From: Fibrobacter succinogenes subsp. succinogenes S85
Lineage (GTDB): Bacteria > Fibrobacterota > Fibrobacteria > Fibrobacterales > Fibrobacteraceae
NCBI RefSeq assembly: GCF_000146505.1
Contig: NC_017448.1
Span: forward strand, 3,390,001-3,422,000
Direction of reading: 5' to 3'
DNA: 32,000 bases
In this document: one piece after another, positions 26,020 to 32,000 of the stretch
How positions within the stretch are numbered: the stretch's first letter is position 1
How the letters are laid out: each line of letters begins with the position of its first letter
The notes under the pieces: model-generated
What the model was told of the DNA's origin: nothing
The model's database searches: none
The model's input: the letters and a program-made list of their open reading frames with translations, nothing else
Position numbers and translations under genes: made by a program

Positions 26020-27423
26020 TTAGGCGAGAGGTTCTGCGAGCAGTGCGAAGGGTTCCGCCTCTGTGATGCGGACGCGGAGCGTTTTCCCGGCTGGGAAGGT
26101 GCCTTGTAATGCGACGGGGCGGTAGGCCTCGTTGCGGGCGATTGTGGTTCCGGCGCGGTAGCCGGGCTTTTCGGTGACGACGGTGCATTCGTCGCCAATC
26201 CATTCGCGGTTGTTCTCGAGAGCGATTTGCTGGAACGCTTCGGCGAGAATCGCGGAACGTTCGTGCTTAATATCGTCGGAGACCGCTTGGTTGGATGCTG
26301 TTTCGAGACGCGCGGCGACGGTGCCTGGGCGTGTGACAAAACGCGTGATGTTGCAGACGGTCGGTCGAGTTTCTTTCAAGAGCGTTAACGTGTCGTTGAA
26401 ATCTGCGGCGGTTTCGCCGGGATAGCCGACGATAAGGTCGGTGCTGAGCGTGAATTTGCGGAATCGCTCGGTAAAGGCGTGGGCGAGGGTTGCGTAGTCG
26501 CGTGCTGTGTGGCGGCGGTTCATCGCCTTGAGCACGTTTTCGCTGCCGCTTTGGACGGGAATGTGGATGAACTTGTAAATGCGATCATCCGTGAAGCAAT
26601 TCAAAAGCGCTTCTTGATAGCTGAGGACATGGCGCGGATTGCCCATGCCGAGGCGGATGCGGTAATTGCCGTTCACGTGCGTGAGGATTCTTTGCGTGAG
26701 TTCGGCGAGATTCGTGCCGATGTCAAAACCGTAACAGGCGCAATCTTGGCCGGTGAGCTGGATTTCTAGGCAACCGTCATCGACGAGCGCTTGGACTTGA
26801 TCCACGATGGTTTGGGGTGCAAAGCTGTGGAGGCGGCCTTTGACGAGATGTGTGCTGCAAAAGGCGCAAGCGTCGAGACAGCCTTCTTCGATGTTCACGA
26901 TGCCGACGAACGGGGATTCGCGAAGGACATTGCGAGAGGCTTTATTGCTGTCGGGAGTGCGCGCGTTTATCTGGCTTGAGGGGGATTGCGCGGACTGGGT
27001 TGGTAATATTGCCGAGGCATCAAGTTCTTTCAGGCTTGTGAATTGAACGTGTGGAACGGTGCGGAGAGCTTCTTCGCGGAAGTCCTTGGGGGCGCAACCC
27101 GTGATATATATGGGAACGCCCGGAAATGTGCTCGCTGCTTTGCGCAGGAGTTTCATGGCGCCCGCGTTGCCCTTGACCGTGCAAACGTTCAGGTAGAACG
27201 CTTCGGGCTTTTCAGTGCGGAAGTCCGCGGCATTCTCGGCGCTTGTGGAATTCTCGGCATTTTCAAGATTCGCGGCGCTTGTGGAATTTTCGGCGTTTGT
27301 GGAATGCGCCGGCTTCGCTTCCGGAAACTCGAACGTGACTTCGGATTTTTGCGAGAGAATGCGCGCAATCTTTTCACCGTCACCGAAATTTGCGGCACAG
27401 CCCTGGCTTAAAACGACTATCAT
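26020..27423 (-). CDS. radical-SAM methylthiotransferase (MiaB/MtaB/RimO superfamily, CDKAL1/archaeal-like by eye)
   Basis: N-terminal MTTase cysteines (SQGCAAN, NVCTVK, TGC), radical-SAM CX3CX2C (GCLDACAFC) and a C-terminal TRAM-like domain. I chose ATG 27423 (MIVVLSQGC...), which overlaps the upstream stop as ATGA. The longer ORF to 27564 lies inside the spoIID-like gene. Confidence 0.85.
   Translation of the reverse strand: MIVVLSQGCAANFGDGEKIARILSQKSEVTFEFPEAKPAHSTNAENSTSAANLENAENSTSAENAADFRTEKPEAFYLNVCTVKGNAGAMKLLRKAASTFPGVPIYITGCAPKDFREEALRTVPHVQFTSLKELDASAILPTQSAQSPSSQINARTPDSNKASRNVLRESPFVGIVNIEEGCLDACAFCSTHLVKGRLHSFAPQTIVDQVQALVDDGCLEIQLTGQDCACYGFDIGTNLAELTQRILTHVNGNYRIRLGMGNPRHVLSYQEALLNCFTDDRIYKFIHIPVQSGSENVLKAMNRRHTARDYATLAHAFTERFRKFTLSTDLIVGYPGETAADFNDTLTLLKETRPTVCNITRFVTRPGTVAARLETASNQAVSDDIKHERSAILAEAFQQIALENNREWIGDECTVVTEKPGYRAGTTIARNEAYRPVALQGTFPAGKTLRVRITEAEPFALLAEPLA
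27227..27316. repeat. in-frame imperfect 18-nt tandem repeat inside the methylthiotransferase gene
   Basis: GTGGAAT recurs at 27245, 27281 and 27299. A 20-nt block GCGCTTGTGGAATT[C/T]TCGGC recurs at 27239 and 27275, a 36-nt offset. The region encodes the hexapeptide units STNAEN/STSAAN/LENAEN/STSAEN. Confidence 0.75.
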
Positions 27424-28667
27424 CTCTTGAATTTTTCCAGCGTGATGCCGGGGTAATAGTGCGTTAAAATCTGGATGTAGCTTTGACCGGCCTGTGCGCG
27501 AGCGCGAGCGCCCATTTGGCAAAGCCCAACGCCATGTCCGAATCCCTTGCCCTTGAGAATCCATTCATTCCCGTTCTTGTGGATGCGGAAAAAGCTGGAG
27601 GGGAGGATTGTGCCACCGCGCTTGAAAAGCCAGCGGATTTTGTCTGCTTTGGCAGTGAAAGAACCGTTGTTCGTTTCGATGACGAGCGTGTGGATGCGAC
27701 CGCTCTTGAGCGTGTCTTGAATGTGCATCGACTTGATGCTCGAAAAACTCGGGACGTTTGCTTTCGCTTCTTTTGCGTTTATCTGGAATAAATCGCGAAG
27801 TTCGTCTTCGGTAAATTCACGAGTCCATTCGGTGTAGTTGGATTCGCGGCACCACGGCGTTCCGTCGGGGCGGAGATCTGGCTTGTTTTTGAGATAGGGG
27901 TGGTCTGGGCGACCCCAGGTGACAACGCCTTCAGTTTCGCCACCGCAAGTGGAATGGTAATAGGCTGTGATGAATTCTCCGTTGTACGTCATCACGACGC
28001 CTTCGGTTTCGCGGACTGCTTTGTCTGTAAGTGCAGTGGCGCTGTGGAGGCCTTTGTAGACTTGGTCGCGTGTGTCGGCGTAAACGTCAAAGCCTTGTGC
28101 GACTCGGCTGCCGAAGTGCTTGTACGCGTAGGTGCGTGCGGCAACAGCTTGTGCCTTGAGCGCTTCGAACTTGGATTCGTCGAGTTTGCCGATTTCGTAA
28201 GGAACGACGCCACGCAAGTAATCTTCAATGTCGATGACGTTGATGGCGTTTAGCTTGTTGCCATTGGCGGTGACGATAAATTCGCCGTTGTAGCAGGCTT
28301 TATTGAGGCCTGCCTTGTCTGTTGCAATGGCGATGCAATCGCTTGCGGAAGATCCTGTGGCCTTGAAAACGCGTCGGTCTGCGGTTTGCTGGCGCTTTGA
28401 TTTTGTCTTGATTTTGAGTTTGCCTTTAGAGGCGGTGATGTGCAGTTCTTCGTTCTTTTGACGGACGAAAATGTTTGGCACACCGACAAAGACGCCCACC
28501 TGGATAGGGCGGTTGAGCTCTTTCTTGATTTTTTGAGGAACGATGGTCTGCTCGGATACGCTGTTTGCTTCGATCGGGCTATACTCAGAATTGCCGGCCG
28601 CAAGAGATGAGGTCGCCAAAGAGAGTGTCGTCAAAGCAACTGCTGAAAATATCTGGAGCAGGCCCAT
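27420..28667 (-). CDS. SpoIID/LytB-domain protein (secreted)
   Basis: Signal peptide MGLLQIFSAVALTTLSLATSSLA. SpoIID motifs ALKAQAVAARTYAY, DTRDQVYKG and AYYHSTCGGETE. Confidence 0.85.
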   Translation of the reverse strand: MGLLQIFSAVALTTLSLATSSLAAGNSEYSPIEANSVSEQTIVPQKIKKELNRPIQVGVFVGVPNIFVRQKNEELHITASKGKLKIKTKSKRQQTADRRVFKATGSSASDCIAIATDKAGLNKACYNGEFIVTANGNKLNAINVIDIEDYLRGVVPYEIGKLDESKFEALKAQAVAARTYAYKHFGSRVAQGFDVYADTRDQVYKGLHSATALTDKAVRETEGVVMTYNGEFITAYYHSTCGGETEGVVTWGRPDHPYLKNKPDLRPDGTPWCRESNYTEWTREFTEDELRDLFQINAKEAKANVPSFSSIKSMHIQDTLKSGRIHTLVIETNNGSFTAKADKIRWLFKRGGTILPSSFFRIHKNGNEWILKGKGFGHGVGLCQMGARARAQAGQSYIQILTHYYPGITLEKFKR

Positions 28668-28672
28668 GGACC

Positions 28673-29212
28673 TTATTTCTTTTTGAGCTTTGCCTGGGTT
28701 TCTTTTGCCATTTTGCGGAGCTTGGACTGATTCATCGTGCGGTCCGACGTCGAGATCTTATCGACAAAGAGGTCGCCGTTGAGGTGGTCGCATTCGTGCT
28801 GGATGCAGCGGGCGAACAGACCTTCGCAGTTATGAATTTCCTGGGCTTCGCCATTGATGTCAAAGAAACGCACTGTCACGCGGTCCGGACGGACAACGTT
28901 GCAGAAAATTTCCGGGAGGGAGAGGCAACCTTCATCGTAATCGACGTTCTTGGCATCCGGTTCAGCTTCCCATTCAGGATTGAACATGATGTACGGACGC
29001 GGTTCCTCTTCGTCTGGAATGGCGGTGTCAATGACCACGAGACGGATGTTCTTGCCAATCTGCGGAGCGGCAAGGCCGCAGCCCGGAGCATCGTACATGG
29101 TTTCGAGCATGTCTTTTGCGAGCTGGCGGAGTTCCGGCGTGATTTCGGTGATGGGTTCGCACTTTTTGCGAAGCACCGGGTCACCGTAAATTCTGATGGG
29201 GAGAATGGCCAT
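28673..29212 (-). CDS. def: peptide deformylase
   Basis: All three PDF motifs are present: GCGLAAPQIG, EGCLSLP, HECDHLNG. Confidence 0.95.
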   Translation of the reverse strand: MAILPIRIYGDPVLRKKCEPITEITPELRQLAKDMLETMYDAPGCGLAAPQIGKNIRLVVIDTAIPDEEEPRPYIMFNPEWEAEPDAKNVDYDEGCLSLPEIFCNVVRPDRVTVRFFDINGEAQEIHNCEGLFARCIQHECDHLNGDLFVDKISTSDRTMNQSKLRKMAKETQAKLKKK

Positions 29213-29214
29213 GA

Positions 29215-29580
29215 TTACTTCTTTTCTTCGACCTTAGCGGAAGTGTCGTTGTTGATGACGCGGAGAATGGCTGCCTTTTCGAATTCGATGGTGGAGGTGC
29301 CAGTGCGGAGCGTGATGATGTTTTCTTCCATGCTAGCGATGGTGCCGATGATGCCTGCGGCGGTCATGACCTTGTCGCCCTTCTTGAGCTGCTTGCGCAT
29401 TTCGTCCATCTGCTTCATTTCCTTCTGCTTCGGGCGGATGAAGAAGAGCCACATCACCACAAAGAGGAGGATGAGCGGGAGGAAGCTAGCGAGAGCACCC
29501 GGCTGTTCCGGCTGTGCGGCTGCATCCTGAGCGAAAGCGGCGATGGAGGAAAGTGTCACGAGAAGTGCAGAGAGTTTCAT
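29215..29580 (-). CDS. yajC: preprotein translocase subunit YajC
   Basis: TM followed by the YajC core FFIRPKQKEMKQMDEMRKQLKKGDKVMTAAGIIGTI. An N-terminal signal-like extension is present. The stop lies 2 nt before the def start. Confidence 0.85.
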   Translation of the reverse strand: MKLSALLVTLSSIAAFAQDAAAQPEQPGALASFLPLILLFVVMWLFFIRPKQKEMKQMDEMRKQLKKGDKVMTAAGIIGTIASMEENIITLRTGTSTIEFEKAAILRVINNDTSAKVEEKK

Positions 29581-29635
29581 ATTGAACCTTGTTCTATTGA
29601 GGTTTATTGTTTGATACGGAATAAAAATAGAAAAT

Positions 29636-30526
29636 TTAGAGTAGCTTCTTGTCTAGCAACGGGTAGATTCGATTGAGTTCGAGCAGGTTTAGGAGCCTGT
29701 CGAAGTTGGCGCAATATTTGTCTTTGGGGAGCTCTTTGAGGAGCTGCTTTTGCAAAAGCGTTTCGAAATTGCGCGGGGTGAGGCTCATCCCGTGCATGGT
29801 ACGCTTGGTCTGCTCAATCAAATCGTTCAAGTTTACTGCAACGAGACCGTCGGACTGGAGCTCGCCTTTGTCGCAGGCAGCTTTCACGAATGCGGTGAGG
29901 ATAGCTTGGTCGGTAAGCGAAAGAATGTTCGGCGATGTGCTCTTGTATATGGCGCGATGGCGGAGCGTTTCGTAGAGAATCTTGATCAGTGGCTTGTTCT
30001 CAACAGATGCGGATTCCGATTGCAAACGGACGAGCTTAAAGTCCTGTAAAATGATTAATAGTTTATATGTACCAAGTGCGGAAAGTTTTGAAAATTGAGC
30101 GATTTCGTCTTGTAGTGCGACTAAACTAATATCTTTTGCTGGCATTCTCGAAAGCACAAACAACAGCGACGGGAAAGTTGTGATCAAGTCGCTTTTGCGC
30201 TTGTTCTCTTGCGCAATGTGGTTGCGCTGTGTGAGGAACGCGAGAATGGACTTGAGCCAGATGGGCTGTTCTTTCATCGTGTCGTGCAAGGCGCTTTGCG
30301 GAACGACTTCGATTTCGCAATCTTCTTCGGCGTGGACCGTGTATTCCATGGGCTCGCCTGCGATGAGGCTGAGTTCGCCAAATGTGGATCCAGGGCCGAA
30401 ATTCAGGACTTGTGTGCCGTTTTGCTCGTCCTTGGAAGTTGCTGTAAGCGCACCGCTTTTGACGATGTAAAATGAATGGGTGAGGTCGCCTTGCAGGCAG
30501 AGATTTTCGCCTTCTCTTAAAATCAT
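29636..30526 (-). CDS. cNMP-binding-like domain protein, paralogue 2 (degenerate phosphate-binding cassette)
   Basis: 296 aa. The CAP-family beta-roll carries FGELSLIAGEPMEYTVHA, with Met at the position of the cassette Arg. The C-terminal region of about 170 aa is helical and possibly wHTH-like (DEIAQFSKLSALGTYKLLIILQDFKLV). Its ATG overlaps the upstream stop as ATGA. Confidence 0.75.
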   Translation of the reverse strand: MILREGENLCLQGDLTHSFYIVKSGALTATSKDEQNGTQVLNFGPGSTFGELSLIAGEPMEYTVHAEEDCEIEVVPQSALHDTMKEQPIWLKSILAFLTQRNHIAQENKRKSDLITTFPSLLFVLSRMPAKDISLVALQDEIAQFSKLSALGTYKLLIILQDFKLVRLQSESASVENKPLIKILYETLRHRAIYKSTSPNILSLTDQAILTAFVKAACDKGELQSDGLVAVNLNDLIEQTKRTMHGMSLTPRNFETLLQKQLLKELPKDKYCANFDRLLNLLELNRIYPLLDKKLL

Positions 30527-31431
30527 TTGACCGTCCCCTTGAGATTTGGCTCGTACTGCAAAGCCAATAAATAGTAATTTACTTTGTCAAAATTAAGGGC
30601 AAACAGATGGTTCTCTTTTTCGATGAACCATTCAAATTGCTGCATTTGGAGCCAGTCTGTAACGCCAACTTCAAGGTTATGTTCCTTGAATAAATTCATC
30701 CATGCGGAACCTTCTATGGTCGTGTCTGGTTCGAGAGTCGATAGCCAAACGAGACATCTCTTTTGCTGGAGCGTGAGCTTGAACGGTAGCCACGGAAGTT
30801 CAAGTTCTTGCGTCTTGAGGTAATCCGCAAAAATTTCGAGAAGGCGCGGGTCCGGGACGGTAAGCGTTGAGCCGTTGGCTTGCTGGATAAGCATCTTGCG
30901 GCGGATAAGCGTCTTTAGAGCTTCGTTTGCAGCGGGGAACGGCGTCTTGGTGAGCCACGAGAATTCTTGCAACAGCAACTGCTTTTGCAAAATTTCGTCT
31001 TTGCTGTAGAATTTGCAGAAAGAGGCGAGGCTTTCGAGCGGATTTTCCGTCTTTGCGGCGCGGATGGACTCGTTGATACGGCGCGTTTTGGCCGAAATCG
31101 CCTTGATAGCTGCCAAAAGCCAGACGGGGAGCGCCTTTAGCTCGGATTCCATGCACTCGTCATTGATGATGGTGATGGTGGAATCGGTGGTCGCCTGGAA
31201 AATATAGCGTACGGGTTCGCGTTCAAGCAGGGCGCCTACGCCCACGAGATTTCCGGGATGGATTTTGAAAACGACCTTGTTGTTCGCTTTTGGATCGAGT
31301 GCGACAAGCTCACCTTCGTTCAAAAGGATGATTTTCTTGTCTTCGTCCTCTGGTGAGGATACAACAAAACCCGCCTTCACGCGGAGTCGCGTGGGCGGGA
31401 TAAGTCTTGGTTGCGAATTCCCCGTAATCAT
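30523..31431 (-). CDS. cNMP-binding-like domain protein, paralogue 1 (degenerate)
   Basis: 302 aa with the same two-part layout as 29636..30526. The cassette region reads VGVGALLEREPVRYIFQA, so the GE is lost and the Arg is shifted. The two share a C-terminal ...LQKQLL... block. Confidence 0.7.
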   Translation of the reverse strand: MITGNSQPRLIPPTRLRVKAGFVVSSPEDEDKKIILLNEGELVALDPKANNKVVFKIHPGNLVGVGALLEREPVRYIFQATTDSTITIINDECMESELKALPVWLLAAIKAISAKTRRINESIRAAKTENPLESLASFCKFYSKDEILQKQLLLQEFSWLTKTPFPAANEALKTLIRRKMLIQQANGSTLTVPDPRLLEIFADYLKTQELELPWLPFKLTLQQKRCLVWLSTLEPDTTIEGSAWMNLFKEHNLEVGVTDWLQMQQFEWFIEKENHLFALNFDKVNYYLLALQYEPNLKGTVK

Positions 31432-31462
31432 CGGGAAATAACCGCCTTCGAAGTCCGGCTAA

Positions 31463-31810
31463 TTAAGCCTGGCGTTCTTCGATACGTGCAGCCTTACCGC
31501 GGAGGTCGCGCATGTAGTAAATGCGAGCCTGGTGAACCTTACCGGAGCGTTCGACAATGATGGAGTCGATGCGCGGGGAGTTGACCGGGAAGATACGTTC
31601 GACAGCGACTGCACCGGACATCTTGCGGACCGTGATGGACTTGCCGATGCCAGAGTTCTTCTGCTGAATAACGACGCCCTTGAACGGCTGGATACGTTCC
31701 TTGGTACCTTCGATAACCTTGACGTTAACGGTAACGGTATCGCCAGCACGGAATTCCGGAAGGTCGGTCTTCAAATTTTCGTTTTGGATTGCTTCAATGT
31801 TCAGGGACAT
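31463..31810 (-). CDS. rplS: 50S ribosomal protein L19
   Basis: L19 pattern: [29 protein letters not shown]...[29 protein letters not shown] lies 7 nt before ATG 31810. The ORF-track start at 31840 is an upstream TTG. Confidence 0.94.
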   Translation of the reverse strand: MSLNIEAIQNENLKTDLPEFRAGDTVTVNVKVIEGTKERIQPFKGVVIQQKNSGIGKSITVRKMSGAVAVERIFPVNSPRIDSIIVERSGKVHQARIYYMRDLRGKAARIEERQA

Positions 31811-31826
31811 AATGTGTACCTCGTTA

Positions 31827-32000
31827 TTATTTGTCGCCAAATGTAGTATTTATTTCAAGATTTTTAAAGATGTCGGGGCGTCTTTCTTGCGTTCTTTTTA
31901 ACGATTCTTGACGTCTCCACTCTGAAATGTTCTTGTGATGACCGGAAAGTAGCACCTCAGGCACCTTTTTTCCTTCGAATTCTTCGGGGCGGGTGTAGAC
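31827..32000 (-). CDS. trmD: tRNA (guanine37-N1)-methyltransferase, C-terminal fragment (5' end outside window)
   Basis: This is not in the ORF track because it is under 60 aa. Hand translation of the minus strand from 32000 gives [57 protein letters not shown]. That matches the TrmD C-terminus (YTRP...VP.VLLSG.H..I..WR..QSL.RT..RRPDL) and the canonical trmD-rplS order. Confidence 0.85.
   Translation of the reverse strand, partial: VYTRPEEFEGKKVPEVLLSGHHKNISEWRRQESLKRTQERRPDIFKNLEINTTFGDK

Noticed and set aside
27424-27564. A 47-codon N-terminal extension of the methylthiotransferase ORF (start at 27564).
   Set aside because: The extension lies within the 3' end of the spoIID-like gene and is Arg/Gly-rich with no family similarity. 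The conserved MTTase N-terminus starts at MIVVLSQGC (ATG 27423), which forms an ATGA stop/start overlap.

Overview
This is a chromosomal, largely housekeeping window. The gene content suggests a Fibrobacter-like member of the FCB group: a FloA/NfeD pair, long-form IspG, a secreted esterase with a CBM and a T9SS-like tail, 7TM-HD-GYP proteins and a giant PAS-rich hybrid kinase. That assignment is inference only and cannot be verified here. The plus strand carries a 5'-truncated OMP-like gene, nfo, and two tandem tRNA-Asn(GTT) units, each with its own promoter and terminator. It continues with a roughly 1400-aa hybrid histidine kinase, rpsO-pnp, and two tandem 7TM-HD-GYP paralogues; the first paralogue is cut by an in-frame TGA and carries HD->YD. 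After these come ispG, serA, a small membrane protein and a secreted esterase. The minus strand carries an nfeD-floA-unknown operon, an acyl-CoA ligase and serS. It also carries a tightly packed cluster: trmD, rplS, two degenerate cNMP-domain paralogues, yajC, def, a spoIID-like gene and a methylthiotransferase. I saw no CRISPR array, transposase, integrase or recognisable defence island. The most unusual signal is non-coding. Several intergenic spacers are built from degenerate 7-nt tandem words paired with their complements. These form long imperfect hairpins or cloverleaf-like folds that share UAU- and GAA-triloop hairpins. Two near-identical copies bracket serA and show a compensatory hairpin swap. 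Perfect heptamer arrays also abut TATATT -10-like boxes upstream of rpsO and serS.
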